The notes beneath the pieces were generated by a model, which did not search any database, was not told where the DNA came from, and saw only the letters and a list, made by a program, of their open reading frames with translations. From Acidobacteriota bacterium (GTDB lineage: Bacteria > Acidobacteriota > UBA890 > WLXD01): a DNA stretch of 64,000 bases. Shown here in pieces: positions 22,246 through 32,100 of this stretch (position 1 is its first letter; each line of letters opens with the position of its first letter). A program made the position numbers and the translations under genes. The stretch lies in the NCBI GenBank assembly GCA_963666215.2, contig CAXWPL010000005.1:192001-256000 (forward strand). The letters run 5' to 3'.

Positions 22246-23421
22246 ATGGCGTTGCACTCGGCTCTCAGCCACCTGGAATGTCCGCGATGTAGCCAGCAGC
22301 ATGACGCCGACCGGCTGCAGCGCTTCTGCGCCTGTGGTGGACCGCTCTATCCACGCTACGAGCTCGAAAGCGCCCGCGGCGCCTGGGAAAGCCAGGAATT
22401 CTTGCGGCGGCCGTTCGACATGTGGCGCTACGCGGAGCTTCTACCTGTGCGCCAGCCGCAGCACCGCGCCGGCCTCGGCGAGGGCGGCACGCCGCTGTTG
22501 CGGCCGGAGCGCCTCGGCCAGCAGCTCGGTCTACCGAGATTGCTGCTCAAGGATGAAGGGCTCAATCCCACTGGCTCGTTCAAGGCTCGCGGCCTGTCAA
22601 TGGCGGTCTCGAAGGCTCGAGAGCTTGGTGCCTCAACGCTCTGCATCCCGACCGCGGGCAACGCCGGTAGCGCGCTCGCGGCCTACTGCGCTCGTGCCGG
22701 CCTCGAGGCCGTCGTGTACATGCCGGTCGAAACGCCCGACGCGTTCCGCCTGGAGTGCGAACACTTCGGAGCCAAGGTCGTGCAGGTTGACGGGACGATT
22801 GCCGACGCCGGGGCTCGCATGTCGGCCGATGCCGAACCCGACTGGTTCCCCGTGAGCACACTACAGGAGCCCTATCGCCTCGAGGGCAAGAAGACGATGG
22901 GCTTCGAGCTCGCCGAGCAGCTCGGCTGGAGCACCCCCGACGTCATCGTCTACCCCACCGGAGGCGGTACCGGCCTGCTGGGGATGTGGAAGGCGTTCGA
23001 GGAGCTCGAGGCGATCGGGCTGCTCGACCCCGCAGCTTCGCGGCCGCGTATGATCTCTGTGCAGGCGGCCGGATGCGCGCCTATCGTCGCCGCCTTCGCG
23101 GCCGGCGAAGAGTCGGCCTCGCCCTGGCCCGACGCCCACACCGTGGCCAACGGCTTGCGGGTGCCGCGCGCCTTCGCGGATCGAGAGATTCTCGCCGTGC
23201 TGCGCGAATCGAAAGGCGACGCAATCACCGTGAGCGACGCCGGCCTTCTCGCCATGGTGCGCCGCCTCGCCGCGGCCGAGGGCATTTACGCCGCCCCCGA
23301 GGCCGCCGCGACCCTGGTGGCGGCGGCTCGACTACGCGACAATGGTGAGATCTCGGCCGACGACAGTGTGGCCTGCTTTCTCACCGGCAACGCCTACAAG
23401 TATCAATCGTCTCTGGCATGA
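22246..23421 (+). CDS. thrC: Threonine synthase (PLP-dependent, fold type II)
   Basis: N-terminal CxxC/CxC, MWRYAELLP, LGEGGTPL, NPTGSFKARG, YRLEGKKTMG, YPTGGG; ATG with GGAG SD. Confidence 0.88.
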   Translation: MALHSALSHLECPRCSQQHDADRLQRFCACGGPLYPRYELESARGAWESQEFLRRPFDMWRYAELLPVRQPQHRAGLGEGGTPLLRPERLGQQLGLPRLLLKDEGLNPTGSFKARGLSMAVSKARELGASTLCIPTAGNAGSALAAYCARAGLEAVVYMPVETPDAFRLECEHFGAKVVQVDGTIADAGARMSADAEPDWFPVSTLQEPYRLEGKKTMGFELAEQLGWSTPDVIVYPTGGGTGLLGMWKAFEELEAIGLLDPAASRPRMISVQAAGCAPIVAAFAAGEESASPWPDAHTVANGLRVPRAFADREILAVLRESKGDAITVSDAGLLAMVRRLAAAEGIYAAPEAAATLVAAARLRDNGEISADDSVACFLTGNAYKYQSSLA

Positions 23422-23519
23422 CTCCAGCCATGCCGCGCTCGCCATCATGGCGGCGGTGGGCATTGAGGCATCCAGAGACATACCATTGAGCTTCCCAGAT
23501 CCCTCACGGAGTAGCGATA

Positions 23520-23738
23520 ATGCTCGGCTCGATCGGCGGCACAGAGCTCCTGATGATCCTGTTGGTCGTCCTTGTGGTCTTCGGACCCAAGCGTCTGCCC
23601 GAGTTCGGACGCACAATCGGCAAGGGATTGGCGGAGTTCCGACGCGCATCCAACGATCTGAAGCGCTCGCTCGAGCAAGATTTGACGATCGATGAGCATG
23701 CCGAGCGACGACCCGACCGAGACGTCAGCGACAGCTAG
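23520..23738 (+). CDS. tatA: Twin-arginine translocase TatA/TatB subunit
   Basis: GSIGGTELLMILLVVLVVFGPKRLPEFGRTIGKGLAEFR. Confidence 0.9.
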   Translation: MLGSIGGTELLMILLVVLVVFGPKRLPEFGRTIGKGLAEFRRASNDLKRSLEQDLTIDEHAERRPDRDVSDS

Positions 23739-24513
23739 CGGGGAGCCCTCCACGCCGGCCGCGGACCAACGCGAGCCCGCGGCGGGCAGAGTGGAAACGC
23801 TCCCCGAGATGTCGCTCATGGAGCACCTCACCGAGCTCCGGCGCCGCATCGTCATCAGCTCGCTAGCGATCGTTGCCGGCGCCATCGTCAGCTGGGCCTT
23901 CTCCGATACGATCTATCAGCTGCTCACGCGCCCGGTCGTCAAGCTCCTTCCCGAGGGCAACGACAAGCTCGTCTTCCTGTCGCTGACCGCTCCTTTCGTG
24001 CTCTACCTCAAGGTCGCGCTGGTGTCGGGGCTGTTCATCGCCTCGCCCGTGGTTCTGCACCAGGGCTGGATGTTCGTCGCTCCGGGTCTCTACTCCCGTG
24101 AGCGCAACCACGCGATGCCGGTGGTGTTCGCCTCCGTGCTTTGTTTCCTTGGCGGTGGCGCCTTCGGCTATCTCGTGCTGTTCCCCATCATGGCTAACTT
24201 CTTTCTGACACTCGGCGCCGACTTCCGGCAGATGCTCACCGTTGACGCGCTGTTCGGCTTCCTGCTGCGCACGCTTCTGGGGTGCGCGCTGATCTTCGAA
24301 TGGCCGATCGTCGTTTTCTTCCTCGCCCGTTTGGGGATTCTCGGTTGGCGAGGCATGTGGTCGAACATGCGCTACGCGATCATCGGCATCTTCGTGATCG
24401 CCGCCGTCGTGACGCCGACACCGGACATGGCGACGCAAACGATTCTCGCGCTGCCGATGCTCGGGCTCTATCTGCTCGGCATCGGTATCGCGTGGCTCGT
24501 CGAGCGGCGGTAG
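23692..24513 (+). CDS. tatC: Twin-arginine translocase TatC
   Basis: MSLMEHLTELRRR, WMFVAPGLYSRER, FEWP, AAVVTPTPD. Confidence 0.96.
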   Translation: MSMPSDDPTETSATASGEPSTPAADQREPAAGRVETLPEMSLMEHLTELRRRIVISSLAIVAGAIVSWAFSDTIYQLLTRPVVKLLPEGNDKLVFLSLTAPFVLYLKVALVSGLFIASPVVLHQGWMFVAPGLYSRERNHAMPVVFASVLCFLGGGAFGYLVLFPIMANFFLTLGADFRQMLTVDALFGFLLRTLLGCALIFEWPIVVFFLARLGILGWRGMWSNMRYAIIGIFVIAAVVTPTPDMATQTILALPMLGLYLLGIGIAWLVERR

Positions 24514-24565
24514 GCCGGCCCTAGAGAGCCGACTCGAGAATGCGGGCGTGGCCGCGCCGGGCTGG

Positions 24566-26347
24566 TTAGTGCGCCGCGGACGGGTCCGACCGGCTCCAGG
24601 CGGCGAGGTCGTCGATTTCGAGCTGCGCGATCAGACGCCCGCCCCAGCGGCGAGGCTTGAGCTTGGCCACCAGGTCGAGGCGCTTCATGCCTACCAGCTC
24701 CTCGACCAGCGCCCCCCTTCGCCAAGCCAGCGCCTCGACCTCGCCGTCACCGCCGCGCAGACGCAGCTTCATGTGCGCCTCCTTCAGCAGTTGAGGCTCG
24801 CCGAGCGGATGCAGGTCGCGACAGAGGAGCCGGGGGCGTGGGTTGCCAACTCCGAACGGGGCCAGACGTTCGAGCTCGAGGGCCAGAGCCGGAGTGATCT
24901 GCTCTGGGTCCACATCGATGTCGCAAAGCAGTGCCGGCCGCAATGCCGCTATATCGACGTGACTGTTGGTTGCCAAGAGAGCTTCGCGTAGCTCGCCAAT
25001 GCGACTGGCTTCGAGCTCGAAACCCGCCGCCTGAGGGTGTCCACCATGGCGATCGAGCAGTTCGGCTACTCCGTCGAGCGCGCCGACAATACTGAAGCCG
25101 GTCACCGAGCGCGCCGAGCCGTACGCCCGGCCGCCTTCAATCGAAATCGCCAGCGCCGGACGCCCCCACTGCTCCACCAGTCGCGCGGCGACAATACCGA
25201 CCACGCCGCGATGCCAACCCTCTCCCGCGGCAACAACAATGGGATCGTTCTCACCCACCGGCATCTCGAGCGCCTCCCGAGTGACGTGCTTCTCAACTTG
25301 CTGGCGCTCGCTGTTGAGGCGCTGCAACCGATTGGCCAACTTCGTGGCACGAGCCGGATCGCGCGTAAGAAACAACTCGGCGGCATCATTCGGATGCCCG
25401 AGTCGGCCCGCAGCGTTGATTCGCGGCCCGATACGGAACGCGACATCGCCCGCATCAACCCGGCAACCCTCGAGCCCGGCGACCTTGAGCAACGCTCGCA
25501 GGCCGGGATTGGTTGCCTGGGAGAGTCCTCGCAGGCCGTGCCACGTCATGGCTCGATTCTCTCCGGTAAGAGGAACCAGATCGGCAACCGTCCCGAGCGC
25601 CACGAGCTTGAGCATCGAGATCCCGCTCGCGTGTCCCGAATGGCGCTGCAGCACCCCGCGCGCCAGCTTGAAGGCCAGGCCGACGGCAGCCAAATCGCCT
25701 TCCGGATAGCCGCAGCCTGTGATCCGCGGATTGATGATCGCCACGGCCTCGGGGAGCTCGGTGAGCGGCACGTGATGATCGGCAATGATCAGGTCGATGC
25801 CGAGCTCGGTAGCTCGCTCGGCGGCAGCCAGTGCCGTAACGCCGCAATCGACCGCGATCAGTAGCCGCGCACCGGCGGCATGGGCCTTGTCGATGCCCGA
25901 CGGATTGAGGCCGTAGCCGTCGTCAATGCGGTGCGGCAAGATGAACTCGACGTCGGCGCCTAGGTGCCCGAGCACGGTGACGAGGAGCACCGTGCCAGTG
26001 ATGCCGTCGACGTCGTAGTCACCATGCACGGCGATGCGCTCGCCGCGTTGCAGAGCGCTCAGGATGCGTTCAACGGCCGCCTCCATCGCCTCGAACAGAA
26101 ACGGCGAGTGCAGTTGCTCGAGACCAGGCTGTAGGAACTCCTCGGCCGTGACGGCGTCGGAAAACCCGCGGCCGGCGAGGATGGTCGCCATGGTTGGCGA
26201 CAGACCGAGCTCGGAGGCCAGGCGCGCCGCCGTCTGAGGATCTGTGGGCGGCTGGCGCAATTGCCACGACTGGCGCGCAGGACAAATGAGAAAGGGGTCG
26301 ACCGAGCCTGAGGCCATTTCGCCAGCTTCGCCGGCTTCTCCAGACAA
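24566..26347 (-). CDS. recJ: Single-stranded-DNA exonuclease RecJ
   Basis: GDYDVDG, VDCG, ADHH, GPRINAAGR, GSARS, GGHPQAAG, LAPFGVGNPRP. Confidence 0.97.
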   Translation of the reverse strand: MSGEAGEAGEMASGSVDPFLICPARQSWQLRQPPTDPQTAARLASELGLSPTMATILAGRGFSDAVTAEEFLQPGLEQLHSPFLFEAMEAAVERILSALQRGERIAVHGDYDVDGITGTVLLVTVLGHLGADVEFILPHRIDDGYGLNPSGIDKAHAAGARLLIAVDCGVTALAAAERATELGIDLIIADHHVPLTELPEAVAIINPRITGCGYPEGDLAAVGLAFKLARGVLQRHSGHASGISMLKLVALGTVADLVPLTGENRAMTWHGLRGLSQATNPGLRALLKVAGLEGCRVDAGDVAFRIGPRINAAGRLGHPNDAAELFLTRDPARATKLANRLQRLNSERQQVEKHVTREALEMPVGENDPIVVAAGEGWHRGVVGIVAARLVEQWGRPALAISIEGGRAYGSARSVTGFSIVGALDGVAELLDRHGGHPQAAGFELEASRIGELREALLATNSHVDIAALRPALLCDIDVDPEQITPALALELERLAPFGVGNPRPRLLCRDLHPLGEPQLLKEAHMKLRLRGGDGEVEALAWRRGALVEELVGMKRLDLVAKLKPRRWGGRLIAQLEIDDLAAWSRSDPSAAH

Positions 26348-26359
26348 GTGCCGACTAGA

Positions 26360-27402
26360 TGTGAGTTCTAGGTAGGTTGTTCACGAACTCACCCCTGAGA
26401 GCCGAGCGATCGGCGGTGTCATGCCGATGCCGGCGTGGGGACGGTGACGATTGTAGTGGTTGAGCCAGGGCCGTAGAGCTCGAGTACGTCGAGCTGAGGT
26501 CTGGTAGCAGGTGCCGTAGGCCCACTGCTCCTTGAGTGTGCGGATGAAGCGTTCGGCTTTGCCGTTGGTTCTGGGGGTGTAGGGCCGGGTGTAAATGTGC
26601 CGGATCTCGAGTTGATGGCATAGGCGATTGAAGCGCTTCGAGACGTAGCCAGGCCCGTTGTCTGTCATCACTCGGCGCACCGCTACTCCCATCGAAGCGA
26701 AGTGCTCGACGGCTCGCTGCAGGAACGCTGTGCAGGTGTGTTGGTCTTCGGCGGGCAGCACTTCGACGTACGCCACCCGAGAGTGATCGTCGATAGCGAC
26801 GTGGGCGTTCTCCCAGCCGACGCCGTAGGCCCGCTTGGAGCGGTCGCCGTGGATGCGGTGTCCAGGTCGCCGGATACGGGCCAGTTTCTTCGTATCCAGG
26901 TGCAGTAGGTCACCGGGGTGCTCGTACTCGTAGCGAACGATCTCGGGCTTGGGCTCGAGCGCATCAAGCTTGGCGAGTCCGAGCCGCTTCAGCCACGCCG
27001 AGACGGTCGAGCGCGGCACAGCCAACCTTCGGCTGATCTGCCAGGCCGTCAGTCGCCGCCGACGTAGCTTGTCGATCTGCCTCACAACTCCAGCACTTGT
27101 TGCGTGCGGACAGCACGTCGGCCGGCTTGATCGATCGAGCAGCCCGGCCTCACCTTCTCGCTCGTATCTATCCAGCCACTTGTAAACCGTTCGAGCCGAC
27201 ACGCCGAGCGCCGCCGCCGTTTCCGTCACGGGCTCCGCCCGCTCCCGGACTCGGCGGACCATCTCTCGGCGTATATACGGCGTCGTGCGGGCGTTACCAT
27301 GCAGCTGCATCGGGCGCTCCTTCTGAGGTCGTGGAGTCTTTTGAACAACCCCATTGATCTCAGAAGTGAGCCCCGATGTGAACAACCTACTTAGAAAACA
27401 CA
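26360..27402 (-). mobile_element. IS481-family insertion sequence (1043 bp)
   Basis: Ends TGT...ACA; 25-bp inverted repeats 26360-26384 and 27378-27402 (22/25 match); flanked by ACTAGA and ACTAGC (CTAG-core target duplication); single transposase. Confidence 0.95.
26381..27310 (-). CDS. IS481-family DDE transposase
   Basis: LHGNARTT, HTH, GLLDRSSRP, PGDLLHLDTKKL, IDDHSR, MTDNG, RPYTPRTNGKAERF, YNRHRPH; stop codon lies in the IR. Confidence 0.95.
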   Translation of the reverse strand: MQLHGNARTTPYIRREMVRRVRERAEPVTETAAALGVSARTVYKWLDRYEREGEAGLLDRSSRPTCCPHATSAGVVRQIDKLRRRRLTAWQISRRLAVPRSTVSAWLKRLGLAKLDALEPKPEIVRYEYEHPGDLLHLDTKKLARIRRPGHRIHGDRSKRAYGVGWENAHVAIDDHSRVAYVEVLPAEDQHTCTAFLQRAVEHFASMGVAVRRVMTDNGPGYVSKRFNRLCHQLEIRHIYTRPYTPRTNGKAERFIRTLKEQWAYGTCYQTSARRTRALRPWLNHYNRHRPHAGIGMTPPIARLSGVSS

Positions 27403-27403
27403 A

Positions 27404-28357
27404 CTAGCCGGCCACGAACGCGCCCATGGCGCGGAACTTGCGATAGCGGGCGTCGAGGAGTGCGCCCACCTCAATGCCGCGGAGCTCGACCAGCTGTCGC
27501 TGCAGGACGTCGCCGAGGCGGCGCATCATCAACGCCGAATCGTCGTGCGCGCCACCGGGCGGCTCCTCGACGATCTCGTCAATCAGGCCGAGCTCGAGTA
27601 GATCGGGTGCACACAAACGGAGCGCGTCGGCCGCCTGCTCGGTGTGATCCTGATCTCGCCACAGGATCGACGAGCAGGACTCGGGCGAGATCACGGAGTA
27701 GGTCGCGTGGCGCAGCATATTGATGCGATCGCCGATCCCGATCCCCAGCGCGCCACCACTGCCTCCCTCACCGATCACCGTAACCACGATCGGCACCCGC
27801 AGCCGTATCATCTCGCGCAGATTGACCGCGATGGCCTCGGCAACGCCGCGCTGCTCGGCGCCCGACCCGGGATAAGCGCCGGGCGTGTCGACGAGGGTCA
27901 GTACCGGGTGTCCGAATTTCTCGGCGGCTCGCATGACCCGCAACGCCTTTCGATAGCCCTCAGGGTGCGGCATTCCGAAGTTGCGCTTGAGCTTGCCCTT
28001 CGTATCGCGTCCCTTCTGATGGCCCACAACACAAACCGTGCGGCCACCGAAGTCGGCGAACCCGGCGACGATCGCCGCGTCGTCGCCGTAGGCGCGATCG
28101 CCCTGCATCTCGACGAAGTCCTTGAAGAAGTATTCGATGTAGTCGAGGGTGTAGGGACGCTTCGGATGTCGCGCCACGAGTATCGTTTGCCAACGCGAGA
28201 GATCGCCGTAGATGTCCTCGCGTGTCGTCACCAGCTTGGCCTGGAGGCGCTCCAACCGTGCGTCGCGCTGGAGGGACTGCGGATAACGAGCAAGCTCGGC
28301 CATCTGTTCCTCTATCGCGCGGATCGGCTTCTCGAACTCTTCGGCCTTGCGGAACAT
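27404..28357 (-). CDS. accA: Acetyl-CoA carboxylase carboxyltransferase alpha
   Basis: FEKPI, ARHPKRP, GHQKGRDTK, NFGMPHPEGYRKALR, GEGGSGGALG, YSVISPE. Confidence 0.98.
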   Translation of the reverse strand: MFRKAEEFEKPIRAIEEQMAELARYPQSLQRDARLERLQAKLVTTREDIYGDLSRWQTILVARHPKRPYTLDYIEYFFKDFVEMQGDRAYGDDAAIVAGFADFGGRTVCVVGHQKGRDTKGKLKRNFGMPHPEGYRKALRVMRAAEKFGHPVLTLVDTPGAYPGSGAEQRGVAEAIAVNLREMIRLRVPIVVTVIGEGGSGGALGIGIGDRINMLRHATYSVISPESCSSILWRDQDHTEQAADALRLCAPDLLELGLIDEIVEEPPGGAHDDSALMMRRLGDVLQRQLVELRGIEVGALLDARYRKFRAMGAFVAG

Positions 28358-28385
28358 GTCGGGCAGATTAGCACGGGCTCAGTGG

Positions 28386-28490
28386 CGATCGTGATCGACC
28401 GCTGGGACCGATTCGAAGAGTCCCGCAGCGCCAAATTCCCGGCAGCCACGGCTGCCGGATGGCACTGCCGCGCCTGCCGCGGCGGTGCCA
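28386..28490. repeat. Cluster of GC-rich inverted repeats upstream of accA
   Basis: CCGGCAGCC-AC-GGCTGCCGG (28439-28458), TGGCACTGCCGCG-N5-CGCGGCGGTGCCA (28460-28490), and weaker stems at 28386-28430. Confidence 0.7.
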
Positions 28491-28493
28491 GCT

Positions 28494-29123
28494 TCAGTTC
28501 GCGGAGTAGGGCTCGAACACCCGCTGCCAGGCGCGGCCGATAAGCAGGGCCAACCGGCGGAGCGGCTCCAGCGCCGCGGCCCCGGTGCCGCTGGCTGCCC
28601 CATGCGCGCCACGAACCTGCTCGAGCCGGGTAGCGGCCTCTCTCTCGGCGCGATCGAGCAGGTCGTCCAGCACCTCGTCGAAGAGCTCGGGACGACTCTC
28701 GTGTGTGCGGCCGGATGTTGCCGGCTCGATCACTTCCGGTGATTCCCACGCTTCCGCGTCGGCCAGGGCCCGGGCGGCCTCACGCCAGTCACCAACGAAG
28801 GCCTGCATTGCGGCTCGGATCTCGGGCAGCGTGGCGCTGCTGGATCCGCCGGCCTCACGACCTCCACTGGCGGAGTCGGATGCACTCAAGACGGCGCACC
28901 AGGCCATCAGCACGCCCCTCGCTTCCGTTGCCAGGTTGCCGGCAAGGGCCTTGGCGCGATGCGCGTCGCCGTCGTAGAGCACATCCATCAGGCCGACGGT
29001 GGCACGCCACTGTCGGTGGCGAGCACCAACCTCATCGCGCCGCCGTTCAAAGTCGCCGGCGGCGGTGGCCGACAGCAACGTGCCCCGCGGCAGGCTCCGC
29101 AGCGCCGCCTCGGGTTCACTCAC
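28494..29123 (-). CDS. Hypothetical alpha-helical protein
   Basis: 209-aa ORF with a GTGA overlap on the dnaE stop, filling the dnaE-accA gap; no motif recognised. Confidence 0.55.
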   Translation of the reverse strand: MSEPEAALRSLPRGTLLSATAAGDFERRRDEVGARHRQWRATVGLMDVLYDGDAHRAKALAGNLATEARGVLMAWCAVLSASDSASGGREAGGSSSATLPEIRAAMQAFVGDWREAARALADAEAWESPEVIEPATSGRTHESRPELFDEVLDDLLDRAEREAATRLEQVRGAHGAASGTGAAALEPLRRLALLIGRAWQRVFEPYSAN

Positions 29124-32100
29124 GTCAGAAGCCGCACTGTTCCTTCACCCAACAGGGCTTCCAGATCTCGAACCAGAGCCCGTGTCGGTGCGACGAAGAG
29201 ATAGCGGTTCGTCTGCACATGGGCCACAAAACCCTCGGGCTGTGGACACGCCACCTCGAACGTCACCGGGATCGAGCCCCGACTCCGTTCGAGCACCTCC
29301 ACCAATGCGGTAGCAATAAACGGCGCCACCTTGCCGAGGTCCACGTCAACTCGCACCTGGCGCGCCGAGTCTTGCGTGCGACGGTGCTCGGCGCGGCTCA
29401 GCGAGGTGATCTCCGAGGCGATCATGCGCGGCGTTTCCTCGTTCGATTCCGGCCTGCCGCGTGCCAGCAGAACCGCGTCGAGCTCGAGATCGCGGTAGCA
29501 GCGAGCGTAGGCCCTGGGGAAAATCACCACCTCGGCGCGTCCCTCGGTGTCTTCGAGCTCGATCACGGCCATCGCATCGCCTTTGCGAGTGCGGAGCTGG
29601 CGGACCGCCGTCACCATGCCTCCGAGCGTCACATCGGCGCGAGTGTTCGCCGCCAGCAGCTCCTTCGTCGTGGTGTCAACCAGGCCCTGCATGCGCTCCG
29701 CATACTGCTCGAGCGGATGACCGGTGACATAGAAGCCGAGTGCTTCTTTCTCGGCGTTGAGGACCTCGCGCTCGCTCCAGGCTTCGCATTGCGGCAACGG
29801 CGGCATGGGCGCGTGGCCACCACCACTATTGGATGACGCTACCAGATCTGCAAATAGACTCGTCTGCCCCGAATCGCGATCGCGCTGAGCTCGCTGGCCA
29901 CTCTCCATCGCGCCCTCGAGCTGCGCGTGCAGGATGGCGCGACGCACACCAACCGTCAGCTCACCGTGGTCGCCAAGCAGGTCGTCGATCGCACCAGCCT
30001 TGATCAGGCTCTCAACCGTCCGCCTGTTGATACCGCGACTCAGATCCACCTCCTCGCAGAACTCGGCCAGATTGGCGAATCTGCCAACTCGATCGCGTGC
30101 CTCCAAGATCGCCAGCACGGCACCCTCGCCAACTCCCTTGATGGCCGCCAGCCCGAAGCGAATCGCTTCGCCGACAGGCGTGAAGTTGACGTGACTCTCG
30201 TTGATCGCCGGCGGCCGTATCGCGATCTCCATGCTGCGGCACTCGTTCGTGTAGGCAACCACCTTGTCGGTGTTGTCGCGCTCGGTTGTCAGTAGAGCGG
30301 CCATGAAGTGAACCGGATAGTTCGTCTTCAGGTACCCGGTTTGGTACGCCAGTAGCGCGTAGGCGGCCGAGTGCGACTTATTGAAGCCGTAGCCGGCGAA
30401 CTCGACGATCATGTCCCAGATCTTCCTGGCGCGACCGGCCGGCAAGCCCTTCTCGAAACAGCCACCGAGAAACTGCTCCTCCATCGAGGCCATGATTTCG
30501 GGCTTCTTCTTGCCCATCGCGCTGCGCAGTACGTCGGCTTGGCCCAGCGAGAATCCCGCCAGCGTCGCCGCGAGTCGCATGACTTGTTCTTGATAAACGA
30601 TCACGCCGTGGGTCTCGCGCAACGCCTCCTCGAGCTCCGGCAGCTCGTACTTGACCTTCGATGGATCGTGCTTGCGACGGATGTACTCGTCGATCATCCC
30701 GGAGCGGATCGGCCCGGGGCGGTAGAGCGCGTTCATCGCAATAAGGTCGTCGAGGCGCGTCGGCTTGAGCTTTCGCAGCGCGTCGCGCATGCCCGTCGAC
30801 TCGAACTGAAAAACGCCGGAAGTCGCGGCCTGTGCGAAGAGCTTGTAGGTCGCGACGTCGTCGAGCGGGATATCGGCTGCGGTGACCTCGCGACCGAGTT
30901 GTCGCGAGATCGAGGCCAGGCAGTCGTGCACCAGCGTCAGTGTCCGCAACCCGAGGAAGTCCATCTTCAGCAGGCCGATCGCCTCGACGTCTTTCATCGG
31001 GTACTGCGTGACAACGAAGTGAGAGGCGGAAGAGTCTTCGCCGGCCTTGGTGGCCTGAGCGCTCTGCGAGCCCGGCGGCTGGTACAGAGGCACGTAGTTG
31101 GTCAACGGCTCGTCCGAAATCACCACGCCCGCGGCATGCGTTGAGGCGTGGCGTACCTGGCCTTCGAGTGCCTCCGCCAGGTCCACCAGCCTCTCGACCT
31201 CAGGCTCCTCGAGCGCCTCGCGCAGTGACGCTACTCCCTTGCGCGCATCAGCGATCGTGGCATCGATCTCGTTGGGAATCAGCCGCGCGATCCTGTCCAC
31301 ATCGCCGTACGGCATCTCGAGCGCTCGTCCAACGTCGCGAATCGCCGCCTTCGCGGCCATCGTCCCGAAGGTGATGATGTGTGCCACCTTGTCGCGGCCG
31401 TACTTGCGCGCCACGTACTCGATCACCTCTCCCCGGCGGCGCATGCAAAAGTCGATGTCGATATCCGGCATGCTGATGCGCTCGGGATTCAAGAAGCGCT
31501 CGAACACCAGCCCGTAGGTCAACGGGTCGATGTCCGTGATTCGCAGCGCGTAAGCCACCAAGCTGCCGGCGGCGCTGCCTCGCCCCGGCCCTACCGGTAT
31601 CCCCCGCTCGCGAGCGAAGCGGATGAAGTCCCAAACGATGAGGAAGTATCCAGGGAACCCCATCTTGCGGATGACGCCGATCTCGTACGCCAGGCGCTCG
31701 CGATAGACCTCTTCGGGATGCACCAGGCCCCTACGACCGAGCTCGCTGAGACGTTCTTCGAAGCCGTCCTGAACGACCGACGCGAAATACCCCTCGAGGT
31801 CGTGGCCGTCCGGCACCGGAAACCGCGGTAGGTGCATCGAGCTCAAGTCGATCTCGACGTTGCAGCGCTCAGCGATCTCCGCAGTACTCGCCAGCGCCTC
31901 GGGAACGTCGGCGAAGACCTTAGCCATCTCCTCTTGGGTCTTGAGGTAGAACTCGTTGTTGGGGAACTTCATCCGGTTTTCGTCGTTGATCCCCTTGCCG
32001 GTCTGGATGCACAGCAGCACGTCGTGGGGCTCGGCATCGGTGCGCCGGAGGTAGTGGCAATCGTTGGTGCCCACAAGAGGCAACGAGAATTCCGACGCTA

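Noticed and set aside
26355-26621. Second ORF inside the IS suggesting IS3-type OrfAB frameshifting
   Set aside because: The transposase is a complete single IS481-type ORF; the extra ORF is an alternate-frame artefact
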